Positions 1-12,589 of a stretch of 64,000 nucleotides of DNA are shown piece after piece. The translations under genes and the position numbers were made by a program. Within the stretch, counting starts at the first letter, position 1. Every line of letters begins with the position of its first letter. The stretch spans positions 16,430,001 through 16,494,000 of the forward strand of contig NC_042999.1 in NCBI RefSeq assembly GCF_006345805.1, in the 5' to 3' direction. Below the pieces are notes generated by a model, which ran no database searches, had not been told where the DNA came from, and saw nothing but the letters and a program-made list of their open reading frames with translations. The stretch is from Octopus sinensis. Its lineage: Eukaryota.

Positions 1-31
1 TTCGGATAGAGTCCGTCTTCAGTGAAACGTT
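1..31 (-). ncRNA. Hammerhead ribozyme motif, truncated by window start
   Basis: Minus strand: CTGAAGA-C-GGA-ctcta-TCC-GAA(end of window). Helix III and the 3' strand of helix I lie outside the window. Confidence 0.55.
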
Positions 32-290
32 GGCAGGAGTAATGAGAGACAGCAAAGTTTTACAATAACTATGTTAGAAAAGCTGGCTGCAGCTGATAAG
101 GAACGCAGGGCAACGGGATCTTTGTACGCGAACAAAGAGTGGTTTGGAGAAAGAGCCTGTGTGAAAGAAGCAGGAAGAAAGAAGAATGGAATGAGGAAGT
201 GATGCGTGTGAAATTGGGAGTGAGGTGAAGGAAAGAGATGAGGTGAGTGAAGTGTTGATGGATAAGAAAATGTTTAATGAACTAAGAGCT

Positions 291-348
291 GGTATAGGAG
301 CAGAAGGAAAAGGCGTTTAGGTATAGGAGCAGAAGGAAAAGGCGTTTA
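291..348. repeat. 29-bp tandem duplication
   Basis: GGTATAGGAGCAGAAGGAAAAGGCGTTTA occurs twice head-to-tail. Confidence 0.9.
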
Positions 349-998
349 TTTAAATTTGTCGGGGACATGGCACCAAGCTCGAATATGAAATGCTGTTCCC
401 TCCATTACCTTGAGAATGTGAATCCATGGAGTGCGGAGATGCCGCATAGTGATAAGTAAGTGTTTACAATGGAGACGTTTATTCAATTTTGGGCTTATGA
501 CAAGTACTAGTAGCAAATGAAGAGATAAACAAGTTAGTCATATCGATTGTTAATTTATTTTTGCTTATCAGTTAACCCTTCAGACCTGAATAACTTTTTT
601 CATATGAAAAAAAAATTGTTTGACTGATTTCAAATACGTCATGCGATGTTAATAAAACAAAAACAGAAACAACATAATATATCATTGTGAAAAAACATCT
701 ATACGGTATAGTCAGAATTTTAGAAAATTACCATTTCGAGAGTAAACCTGTATAATTATATTTTCCATGACATATCCATACTGTAACTGAGATTTGATTA
801 ATGGTGTGTAATAAAGTCAAAAGGAACTCCAACGAAGGTCTTTTGAAATGAGCCAGACATATTTTGCAAATATGTAAAATCAATATTAGCTTTGGCTAAT
901 TTTCTTGATCAAAAGCTCTGTTAAGGTTGTTTTAAACATGAGTTATATTAAGTAATATAACTAACAATAATAATCATGCATTGCCTTCTCCATTTCAG

Positions 999-1049
999 TA
1001 TGTAGCTGCAGACACAACAATTGATAAAACATCACTTGATTCAGCTGAG
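999..1049 (+). CDS. Putative isolated 51-nt internal exon (YVAADTTIDKTSLDSAE in phase 0), host gene unidentified
   Basis: CTAAC branch-point motif at 961-965, pyrimidine tract and TTTCAG acceptor ending 998, GAG|GTACGT donor at 1049/1050, length divisible by 3, no stop in phase 0. Confidence 0.5.
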
Positions 1050-1739
1050 GTACGTTGTTTTAGGTAAAAAGAAAAAAGTTTTAACGAATTTTAATAATTG
1101 ATATCACAAAAGTTTTGTGGATTCAACAGAGTAAAATTTAAGAAATAAACACAAATTAGTATTAGAATCATTATTCCAGGTTTCAGAATTTAATTTACTT
1201 AAGTGTTTATATATGTAGTGCAATAGAACAGAAATAGTAAAAAATTTGAATTATCAGCTTAAAATAATTCACTAAAATGTCGAATGATTCTTGTGAAAAT
1301 GTTTTATTTTGTTTTAAAAACTGTTGAACATGGTTGTTAGATAATTTCAGCTATTCTCAACGATTTCAAACAAAAGAAAAAAAAAGAATGATGCTATTTT
1401 TAGCGGTTACTGAAACAGATTGTACAATCGAAATGCAAGTGCAATCGGCGGCTATCTTGCAGTAGTTTTGGTTTCGTTGTCTCAATAAATTTTAAACATT
1501 GCGAAATACCATGGGGTCGAATGGAGGGAGCACTCTTCCAGCAGTGACAGAGATTTGGCTCCGGTTTCTCTCGTTTAAGCAAAAAAAAAAAGCAGTGGAT
1601 AAATGCAAACAGGTCACAAGGGAACAGCGACTAAGCTGTATCGATGAGGAAATCACGAACCGCCTGAATGCTAAATCTGAGACCCCCTTCGGTCACGACA
1701 CAGACCATGGGATTGCACCTAGAAAGTTACCCTCCCAGG

Positions 1740-1983
1740 CACAAGTCCGGGCAAGATTGTTTGTGGAAGACCAGCAGTCACCCATGCTATCCAAGGGAAA
1801 AGCAAAGGCCGATACAGCTTGGCAGCAGTGACGTCGCAACTTATTTCTACAGCTGAGTGAACTGGAGCAACGTGAAATAAAGTGTCTTGCTCAGGAACAC
1901 AACACGCAGCCCCGGTCCGGGATTCGAGCTCACAACCTCACGATCGTAAGCTCGACGCTCTAACTACTGAGACATGCGCCTTC
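1740..1983 (-). mobile_element. tRNA-derived CORE-type SINE
   Basis: Minus strand has A-box/B-box-like head (TCTCAGTAGTTAGAGCG...GAGCTCGAATCCC) followed by CORE-like TTTCACGTTGCTCCAGTTCACTCAGCTG. Confidence 0.8.
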
Positions 1984-2898
1984 ATGTAATTTAACGGCCA
2001 TCTTTGCCTTGTACTTTCGGACAATTTGATCCTGGCAGAATATGAAGCAATTCTTGAAACTGGTGAGACATGCATCAACTTGAACTCGATTCCAAATTTG
2101 GAAATGCTCTTTCACACGAAAGAACAACAATAAATGATTTCTTTACAAGATATTTACATGGTGAAGTAGACACAAACTATTGCTTCGCCTGTTTGCTGAC
2201 AACTGTACCGATCCATCCAACGAAGACCAACTTTATTAAGTGTTCACTCAGTCGGAAACCTGTTCGTGGCCAATGACGAATTTCAAGGATTTATTGTTGA
2301 AGTAATATTTTTAGTTATTGATGCATTCACAGGACTGTAAATACATTCATGTAAATATCAAGGAGTACAATTTAACGGAGTTGTGCAACATTCTTGGAAA
2401 ACTTCTGTTGTGCTTAAACGTTTGGAGTCATTCAATCGAAGGCTTAAGCTATTTATTGTCATGCACATTCTTTAAATGTCAGTGAATGATGGAAACTACA
2501 ATGCAGCAATACAATTTGTGACAATAATGTTTGACATGGTGAGTAACAGTCAGGGGACTTCTGCGCTAAGGAAGTATTCATCCAAGCTAGAGGATCCATT
2601 TGGTGAATTTGGAAATAAAATACGAATGCCTGAAAGCAAATCAACGCCTACTCGTATCTTAACGTTGAGTGCTTGCTTCAGGTACAATACGCGTTGCTGA
2701 TCTTCAAAGAATATCTGATAGCTATTCGGTTCTGTTAGAGTGCTGGTAAGAATGCGAGCTGTCACATATGATATCGAAGTTAGAGGCTGTATAAGATGGA
2801 TGTTACCCTCAAAAAGAAAAGCTTATTTCTTCATAGCGTAAAATTTGGGTCAGTTCTTATAATTATATACAGACAACAGTTAGAAATGAGTTATCCTT

Positions 2899-2977
2899 GG
2901 TTGGCTGGATGGTTGGATGGATGGATGGATGGATGGATGGATGGATGGATGGATGGATGGATGGATGGATGGATGGA
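2899..2977. repeat. (GGAT)n microsatellite
   Basis: Direct reading. Confidence 0.95.
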
Positions 2978-4404
2978 CTGGCGTCCCATCCAGCGTGGTG
3001 GGATTGGTGAGGATGGTAAATACACCAAAGTAAACAGCTGAATGTGAGCAAGAGATAGACAGAAGACTGAAGCTTCTAAACAAGTTTTGAAAAATAGACG
3101 GAATGAAGAATCATTTTAAAGTCTAGGATGATATTGTGTGGAAGGCAGGAACAGAGTATTTCATCACAGAACCTGTATTAGTAGAGAAGAAATTGGTATT
3201 TAGAAAAATCGAAACGGGAATTGGGGAAAATAACTTTCCGTCAACAACCCAAGACCATTACAGACGCATATTTTTAAAGATAAATACTGTAAACTTTTCT
3301 ATAAAGCAGCGCTTTTGAGCAGGTGAGTTTCGTGATATATTCAACTCTGGAGATGTTTCTTATAAAGTCGACCAACAAAAAGAAAACTTGATAAGAAATC
3401 AATTTTATTAAGGAATGATACGCTGATGACATTGATATTAATTCCTTGATAGCTGAACTTCCGGCATTTGAAGCTTCTGTGTTTGGCTGTCATTGTAGAC
3501 TATCTGAATGAATAACAGCGGATGACAAACACCTAATAACAGAGATTTGTACAACTTGCCAACTTTTACTGGTAAATCCTACAACATCTGCTGCGGCTGA
3601 ACGAATATATTCCTTGGCAAAACGATTAAAAGACATGTCTTCGGTCAAGAATGACACAAGACTGATTGAATTATCTGTCTATATTTTCATTTCACAAAGA
3701 ACGGACAGACAAAATAAATCTGATTGCAGAAGCTGCGGAATTTGCTTCCTGAATTTAGAATAGGCTTAGAATTTCCAGAGAATCTGCCTGGTTTGATAGT
3801 AAATTAATTTGAATAATAAAGTTTTATAATTTCCTCTGTTATTTTTCTTTTCGAATGACAGTCTGTAATTGATAGCTTACTGTTTGATATGTTACAAATT
3901 TTAATGAAAACCTTTCAAACCTCCCAGGTAGAGAAATCATAGAACTGGTTTTTTTTTTCTTCTTTCTGTGCCTGCAGTTAGAATCGATATCATCTTTTAA
4001 CATTAATTTAAAATTTTTGACTGGTGAAAAATAATCGTTAGAGCATCGGCCACAATGCCTGCGGTATTTAGTAACTAAACGCCTTTCTTTTTATTATTCC
4101 GAAGAAGATAAAATAGGTACCAGCGAAGGGTTGGAATCGTAATATCGACTCTTTCTTCTACCATGGTATTCTACAGACGCAAGAAATCAACGTTAGTTTA
4201 CTCTTCAAGCCATAAATTTAAAACCTGAACGTTAGTAAGCGTTTTAACAACCTTCACTTTCTCTTAACATGTTAATACGGAATTTTTATTAACCCATTCC
4301 CTTTCGACAAATAGCGCCATAGCGTCTGCGCTATATCGATTGTAACATTAACACGGCCAGAAATTTTACACAGTCGATAATGCGACTGAAGATATATTAC
4401 TCTT

Positions 4405-4708
4405 AGACTGTTACTCTTTCCCTTGCTTCGGTCATTAGATTGTGGCCATGCTGGGGCACCACCTTCAAGTGTTTAGCCGAATAAATCGACTCTGGTGCTT
4501 ATTTTGTTCCGGTTTTTATTATTCTGCCCGTATATTTTGCTGAATCAGTAAGTTACGGGATTGTAAACAAACCAACAGCGATGTCAAGTTGTGGTGGTGT
4601 GGAGAAATGCAACACAGACACAAATGAACACGCATATATACACCTTTATGTATGTATGTATGTATGTGTATGTATGTATGTATGTATGTATGTATGTATG
4701 TATGTATG

Positions 4709-4765
<57 letters not shown>

Positions 4766-4905
4766 ATATATATATGACGAGCTTCCACACAGTTTCCGCC
4801 TGTCAGATTCACTCACAAGGCATTGGTCGGCTTAGGGGCTATTGTGAAAGAAAAAAAAATGACACTTGTCCAAGGTGCCGCGCAGTGGGAACGAACCCGA
4901 AAACA
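4405..4905 (-). mobile_element. tRNA-derived SINE family B (head + internal microsatellite + tail)
   Basis: Tail (CATGCTGGGGCACC...AAACAAACCAACAGCG) 4410-4625, microsatellites 4650-4775, reverse-complement head (GACGAGCTTCC...CTCACAAGG...CTTGTCCAAGGTGCCGCGCAGTGGGAACGAACCCG). Confidence 0.8.
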
Positions 4906-5240
4906 AAAGCTTGCAAAAGAACGCTTCCCAACTACACAACCATATTCACCCATCTACATTTTATTCAGCCATTTTATAACCTTCTGCTCGCAAAGACAAC
5001 ATGGATGCCACTAGTCTGAAGTGGCTCGGAAAGAGACCAAGTTTACATAGATACTCGATACACTCAACAAAACAAACGACTTAGTCAGCTTAGTGTGTGA
5101 TATTGAATTTGGCGGATTAGTACTTAATAGTAATTATATCAGTTTAACACAATACTAATATCGAAAGCAGAATATTGTCATATTGCAGAAGGAAACTTCG
5201 ATAAATTCTCTTTCATCATAATTTTATTGCGAATATCAAA

Positions 5241-5257
5241 GTTTTAAAGGCCTATAA

Positions 5258-5336
<79 letters not shown>
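5241..5336. repeat. (TATC)n microsatellite
   Basis: Direct reading. Confidence 0.95.
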
Positions 5337-5350
<14 letters not shown>

Positions 5351-5680
5351 TGTTCCTTTTCCTTTTCTTTTTTTTCTTTTTATTCTTTTTATTTTTTATT
5401 TTATTTATTTTTTTTTCTGTTCTTTTCTTCCCTTTTACGATCCCTCTTGATCGAAAACCTACGCCATCCCTTTTTTTCTTTTGTTTTTGTTTTTTTCATC
5501 CCCCAAAAGAAAAGCTCTACCTTGTAACTTGTCCCATCTGTGTGCAGCCCTGTGTGGCCAATAAAGAAACTTATCTATCTATTTATCTATCTATATATAT
5601 ATGGCACAGAAGAAATTTTGGCTTCTATTTTTAGCGGTACTACCCTTGTATATGCTCCCGTACTACCCTTGTGTATATAT

Positions 5681-6040
5681 ATATAGAGGGCATTATTACA
5701 CATAAATGCCGCACTCTAGGAGGGACTTTTAAAGTCATAACTACTAAATATAAACAAATCGTACCGAATGCAATTCTCGAAGCGAGTCAACTCGAAGCGG
5801 TTGTCTATCTGGTTTGTTGATTTTGTTCATTAATGATATATCTTGAGTTCGCTACACTGACGAGCAAGGGACGCAGATACTGCGTTAATTGCGAAATCAC
5901 AGGTGATCTGTAGCTAAATTCTGTTTTTAAATGACTCGCTTCGAGAATTGCATTCGGTACGATTTGTTTATATTTGGTAGTTATGACTTTAAAAGTCCCT
6001 TCTAGCGTGCGGCATTTATGTGTAATAATGCCCTCTATAT
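5681..6040. mobile_element. 360-bp foldback element with 109-bp inverted arms enclosing a hammerhead ribozyme
   Basis: 5681-5789 is the reverse complement of 5932-6040 with 3 mismatches counted by eye; flanked by TA-rich sequence. Confidence 0.9.
5851..5914 (+). ncRNA. Type I hammerhead ribozyme, apparently intact
   Basis: GCTACA-CTGACGA-GCAA gg GACGCAG ata CTGCGTT aa TTGC-GAAA-TCAC ag GTGA-TC|TGTAGC: perfect 6-bp helix I, canonical core, AUC cleavage triplet (cut after 5908). Confidence 0.9.
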
Positions 6041-6152
6041 AATATAAATAAATATCTTCAAGTGAAAAAATTTACAGATTTTTTCTCTTATGAGGTTTTT
6101 CACGCTAACTACTTGATAATTTCTTATTAAGATTTTATTCTATTTTTTAATT

Positions 6153-6211
6153 TATATATATATATATATATATATATTATTATATATATATAGATATATA
6201 TATATATATAT

Positions 6212-6287
<76 letters not shown>

Positions 6288-6360
6288 TATATATATATAT
6301 ATATATATGTATGTATATATATATATATACATATACATATATACATCTATATATCTTTTA
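6153..6360. repeat. (TA)n-rich microsatellite
   Basis: Direct reading; many similar TA/CA tracts occur throughout the window and are not all listed. Confidence 0.95.
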
Positions 6361-6550
6361 TATTTTATATATTCAAATAAAGGTTATAAACCTCATTAAG
6401 GGATAGTAAAACCCAATGAAAATACTGGTTAGTTACCAATCCATAGAAAGTTCAACTATAAACCGTGGTTCATATATTTATATATTTAAAGAATAAGGAG
6501 AAAATGGAGAAGCAATTAATAAAATATCATTTATTAATTATAAAATATGA

Positions 6551-6650
6551 CAACATCTCTGACAGCTGTTTCGATTCAGAAATCTTTAGATAATTAATTT
6601 ATAAAATTAAAATCATTATAAGATGAATCTCCTCAGCGGTAGTGAAGATA
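6551..6650 (-). ncRNA. Hammerhead motif with long helix II; helix I not evident
   Basis: Minus: CTGAGGA-GATTCA...(about 46 nt AU-rich)...TGAATC-GAAAC-AGCT-GTC; helix II and palindromic helix III (ACAGCTGT) good, flanks do not pair next to the core. Confidence 0.6.
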
Positions 6651-6696
6651 TACCGATTAGAAATACATGTTGAGGTAACAGTTAGAAACTTTCATA

Positions 6697-7093
6697 TCTT
6701 TATACATAAAAGTGAAGTTGTGTGTCTGTCCCCTTCGATTTAGATTCCTAACTACTCCCACATTTTGCGGTGCAGTTTAACCAAAACCGGGTATCTTATA
6801 GTCGTGATTCATTCGAGCCCTTCAGGGTATTAGCGCACGTCTACGATGAGTCTACGATTTAAAAAAAAATTTACCATTTTTTCCCATTTTAATGCATTAT
6901 TTTCACTATTATATAAGGGCAGTAACTCTCTAAAAATGTCTACGATGAGTCAACGATTTAAAAAAAAATTTACTATCATTTGTTTTCCATTTTTAATGCA
7001 TTTTTCTTGCTATTTTTTTGGCTATAATTCTCTAAAAATGCTTATATAGTTATTTCCCTTACAAACCCGAGCAACGCCGGACGATACTGCTAG
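6697..7093 (+). mobile_element. Non-autonomous Helitron
   Basis: Starts TC after A, ends CTAG before T, subterminal GC-rich CCCGAGCAACGCCGG motif, internal tandem duplication; second copy at 59757-60146. Confidence 0.8.
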
Positions 7094-7110
7094 TATATAT
7101 ATATATATAT

Positions 7111-7265
7111 AGCTGTGTGGTAAGTAGCTTGTTTACCAACCACATGTTTCCAGGTTCAGTCACATTGCGTGGCACCTTGGGCAAGTGTTTCTACTTTAGG
7201 CTCGGGCCGATCAAAGACTTGTGAGTGGATTTGGTAGAGGGAAACTGAAAGACACCCGTCGTATA
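7111..7265 (+). mobile_element. SINE family B head
   Basis: GCTGTGTGGTAAGTAGCTTG...GGTTCAGTC...GGCACCTTGGGCAAGTG...TTGTGAGTGGATTTGGTAGA...CCCGTCGTATA. Confidence 0.85.
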
Positions 7266-7296
7266 TATGTATATATAACTCATTTGTATATGTATG

Positions 7297-7328
<32 letters not shown>

Positions 7329-7357
7329 TATGTATATATAAAGATATAAATATACGC

Positions 7358-7388
<31 letters not shown>

Positions 7389-8947
7389 CTATATATATAT
7401 ATATATATGTGTGTGTATATATGTATATATAAAGATACATATATATACACACACACACACACACACATAATATATATATATATATATTATATATATTTAT
7501 ATGCACGAACGTATTCATATTATACGTATATATATATATAATATATATATATATATATAATATATATATATATGTATATATATATATATGCAAAATCATT
7601 ATATATATATTATATATATATATATATATATACGTGTGTGTGTGTGTGTGTGTGCGTGTGTGTGTGTGTGTATGCCAGTTTGAGCTTCAGCCTTTCTGAG
7701 AAATAATGAATGCATGTTTTTTTTTCTGCCTTTCAACAACTGCATCTCCTACCCGCATCACAAAACTCATATACACGTAATTTGGCAAATGCTGTCAACC
7801 CGCACACATCGAGATTTTATTCAGCAAACTTATTTAGCGTAAGAAAACAAATATGGCGTGCTGTGATTAGTTCATCCCGTCGTCATTTTGTCCCATGGTT
7901 GAGGCGTCGATGTGGTGTTTAGTTGCCATTCTTAAAATTCTAGTTAGTGACATGGAAGGGTAAGATTTATCAATGTTCATCTTACTACATTTTCAAGTGC
8001 GTAGTATTTTAAATTCATTGTTCACACGGGAAAACGTTAAATGCAAATTTCTTCATTGACAAGAAGCTTTTCCACATGTGAAAAAACTAAAAAGCAAAAA
8101 GAAAAACAGCTGAAGACAAAAAAAAAAATGAAAAGAAAAAAACGATAAAAGAAAGAAAAGAAAATGAAAGAAGTGAAAGAAGAAAATAGTAATACAAAAA
8201 TAAATGACAACGAAAACATACAAAAGTAGATCAAATATCAATAAAAGGAAAAAAAGAGAAGAAAAATAGAAAAAAGAAACAAAAAGCAAAGGAATACAAA
8301 ATAAAATGTAAAAGAAGAAAAATGATGTTTTTAGTTTGAAGAAATAATAATATAATGAAAAACGGTAAAATATGGTGCTAAGAAACTGTATAACGTCTGT
8401 TTTCTCAATGGTGTTTTCGAGCCTCGGAGGCAGCAGCCAATTCGCAGCCGCTGCTTGTACACATGTGTCTGTCTAGAAACGAAATTTAAATCACCATCAA
8501 CAAGTATCTCATATATATAGAAATAGAAGAACAGAAGGAAGAAAAAGAGAGAGGGAAGAAATGTGATAGAGAGGTAGAGGGATAGAGAGAGACAGAAAGA
8601 GAGAGTGAGAGGGAGAGAGTGTGAGAGGGAGAGAGTGTGAGAGAGAAAGAGTTATACAAGGAGGGAGAACGTGTAAAAGAAAAAGAGGTGGGAGAGAGTG
8701 GAAAGGAAAAAAATATTATGTAAAATGATATTCTAAGGGGAGAAGAAATTCAAGTAGGAAGACATGGTACACACAGACACACATTAACGCAAACATTAGC
8801 GCACACATACACGCGCGTGTACGTACACAAGCATGAATAAATATATACACCCATATATGTATGTATATATATATAAGTGCATATATATATATATATATAT
8901 GAATATATGCATATGAATGTATATATATGTATATGTATATATGCATG

Positions 8948-8986
<39 letters not shown>

Positions 8987-8988
8987 TT

Positions 8989-9030
<42 letters not shown>

Positions 9031-9235
9031 GTGTATGTATATGTGTGTATATATATATATGCATATATGTATATATGTATATATATATGTACGTATGTAT
9101 ATATATACATATATACATATATGCATATATATATATACACACATGTGTAGGTATGTATCTATGTATCTATTTGTCTATTGTATATGTGTGTATATATATA
9201 GAACATACATATATATATATATATATTTCTTTTCT

Positions 9236-9430
9236 TTTATTTCTTTCAGTCATTTAACTGCGGCCATGCTGGAGCACCGCCTTTAGTCGAGCAAATCGAC
9301 CCCAGGACTTATTCTTTGGAAGCCTAGTACTTACTCTATCGGGCGCTCTTGCAGAACCGCTAAGTGACGGGGACATAAACAAACCAGCATCGGTTGTCAA
9401 GCGATGTTGGGGGGTGGGGACAAACACACA
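9236..9430 (-). mobile_element. SINE family B tail
   Basis: TTTCAGTCATTTAACTGCGGCCATGCTGGAGCACCGCC...AAGCGATGTTGGG. Confidence 0.85.
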
Positions 9431-9804
9431 AACATATACATACACACACACATACACACACACAGACACTCACATACACACACATATATATATAATTAGA
9501 TATTTATCTTTTACTGGTTTCAGTCAAACTATTGCCGCCATGCTTGAAGCATTGCCTTCAACAAACTCCAGTCAATCACATAATCGTTTTGTTCTTGTTT
9601 TATCGAATCACTATGTTACGCTTTTGGAAACGATACCAGATTATTTTTACCGGTCGGATTGGAAACAGACGCACACTACTAGCATTCACGCACGCACACA
9701 CACACACATACGCACACACAGAGTCTCTCTCTTACGCACACACACATACACACACATACAACCACAAGTACACTCTTCTGCATACAAACATATTTATGTA
9801 GGAA

Positions 9805-10605
<801 letters not shown>

Positions 10606-10728
10606 ATATGTATCTATACACAGGACTATCATCAGGTGCGGTCTAAAAATTTGAACCCAAAAGTATGGGATCGACCAAGATGTCCGTTTGGTGGTTTTCG
10701 ACACTAAAATTCAAGCATTCAAATTTAG

Positions 10729-10835
10729 TACAGTAGAATCTCGAAGTACTAGTGCCCCGTTGTACGAGTAATTTGCTGTACGAGCCGAGAATCGGGCGAA
10801 TTTTTGTCTACGGGCGGAAATCCGCAGTACGTGCA
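10729..10835 (+). mobile_element. Tigger/pogo-like DNA transposon terminal fragment
   Basis: TA-CAGTAGAATCTCGAAGTACTAGTGCCCCGTTGTACGAGTAATTTGCTGTACGAG resembles Tigger-type termini with repeated TACGAG; recognition from memory. Confidence 0.45.
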
Positions 10836-11926
10836 CACAAATCGTCCTATCTTTAAGGTAATTAAATAAAGACAGTTAAGGCCGGTTACCCTGGGTTTCA
10901 CGCCGATAAAGCGCTTAGGGAGAAAGTACCTCGTAGGTACTTGCTGAATGCTCGGACAAAGGGTTAAGTGCAAGTAATTGTCTACCTTATATATCTATCC
11001 GTAGTCGACGTGGTCGGCTTGTGGATTCCAGGACTTCTGTAGGAGCCTCTTGAAGTGCAAGCGGGGTCCGAAGACTTCTATCCTGTATGTGTATGTATGT
11101 ATGTATAGCATTAAAGAAGGAATATGTTCTAGTTTTATCATTTTATTACAGATTTTATATATTTCTGCAAAAGTTTTCTGAAGTTTCTTTAGAACAATGA
11201 AGTTACCATATTCATACACAACGTTTCCATATCTTAGACGAATATATAATTATACACCTCATAACATGAAATACAAAATGAATTTCAGCCGGTCATAAAC
11301 TGAAACTAATAATATAATATTCAACAAAAACCTCTATGAAGAACTCGCGAATTCCCTTTCAATTACACTCTATAAACATATGAATCCGTAAAGAAGATTC
11401 TAATGACTAATGTAATCCAAAAAGTTTGATTGTAAAAATGAAAGCTTTAAACTTTAGGACAACAGTTGTTACATTGGCCATACAAGTACATCATTCTCTC
11501 GTAGGTTTACTATGCATTTACAACAAATAGCAATCGCAAAACACTATACCACATACCACAAAGCAAAGTTAGAAAGATAGTAACGGTTAATAGGTATATA
11601 CTGCATAAATCTCTTCATAAAAATAGCAGTTTAAATATGGCAGTTACAGTATTATTGTAACACAGTGCTAAAATAAATACGTAAACACACACACACACAC
11701 AAAAATTAAGTTGCTGCTGGCATGGACGTCGGTCCCAATAAAACAAATTAACACGTGACAACTGATGTGAAAGTATAAGGATAAAAAATCCTTTGGTGAT
11801 CAAGTATACAAAAACCCAAGCAGTACAAAAGAAGTGATACAGAGGCCAAATCTGTTTCAAATACCAAAGATGGGACTGTGAAGGTTTGGAAACTTTGATT
11901 ATGGGAACTACTAAAATAGTAAAATC

Positions 11927-12066
11927 AGTTGCCACATCAAAGTCGCAGGTGAATGTTACTAATAGTTTAACCCCAGGCAGAACGTTGCATCGAAAACCAG
12001 CTGGCGGAGAATCTGTCTGCGATTAAACTAGAAGTAACATTCACCTGCCACTTTGATGTAGTAACT
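11927..12066. repeat. Inverted repeat (about 40-bp arms, about 52-nt spacer), MITE-like hairpin
   Basis: ACATCAAAGTCGCAGGTGAATGTTACTAATAGTTTAA pairs with TTAAACTAGAAGTAACATTCACCTGCCACTTTGATGT. Confidence 0.8.
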
Positions 12067-12289
12067 CGCTTTGCTGTTTAGTATACGTTACTGCTCTATC
12101 ACGTCATGAGAATTTTTATCTAACTACTAAAATATTTATATGAAAATATGAAATATATGTAACAAATAATATATAACCATAACATGGTGGTCGCGTTTTC
12201 AACGAAAGAAGTGTAGAAGAAAAGCTGTTCCTCATATATACGCATACATATGATGTGCCGTACTAATACACACACCAAAAATACATACT

Positions 12290-12585
12290 ATAAGTACTAA
12301 TACATACTAGTACATACTATAATTAACCAACCCTATACATACACACGTCAGACCCCGCATACGCACTTATACTCTCTCACCACACACACACACCCACCTA
12401 TACATACCAAGTCGTACTAATACATACTAATACATACTAATACTATACACCAACCCCATACATACGCACGTCCAGACCAATCTTAGACCATAATACTCTC
12501 TCATACACACACACACACACACACCACACCCTTATACATACTAATATATACACAAACCCATACATACACACATCCAGACCCCTCC
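12290..12585. repeat. Imperfect tandem repeat, about 120-bp unit, about 2.5 copies
   Basis: GTACTAATACATACTA...CCAACCC...TACATAC...CAGACC recurs near 12294, 12414 and partially 12535. Confidence 0.7.
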
Positions 12586-12589
12586 CACG

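Larger units (their letters stand above)
1..480 (-). mobile_element. Penelope-like element 3' end (GIY-YIG C-terminus plus terminal repeat), degenerate
   Basis: Minus-strand translation of about 452-340 reads SLCGISALHGFTFSR*WREQHFIFELGAMSPTNLNKR, resembling the C-terminal tail of Neptune-type PLE endonucleases; followed on the same strand by a hammerhead core at the window edge. Confidence 0.7.
1390..3800 (+). pseudogene. Decayed hAT-superfamily (ZMYM1-like) transposase
   Basis: Frame-shifted motifs in order: ADNCTDPSNEDQL (about 2195-2235), IYCHAHSLN (about 2450-2475), TR(C/W) at about 2690, FPSTTQDHYRRIF (about 3235-3270), LLVNPTTSAAAERIYSLAKRLK dimerization domain (about 3567-3632). Interrupted by a SINE and a (GGAT)n repeat. 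Confidence 0.85.

Noticed and set aside
360-461. Exon ending at AA|GTAAGT near 455
   Set aside because: Lies within the minus-strand Penelope endonuclease relic; no good acceptor upstream.
1900-1983. tRNA gene
   Set aside because: tRNA-like SINE head: no proper cloverleaf, continues into a CORE-like domain. Same for other SINE heads.
10815-10960. Group I intron Q-like AATCCGCAG and an HDV-like fold
   Set aside because: No matching P, R or S elements; HDV fit needs bulges, many wobbles and lacks the G1 start.
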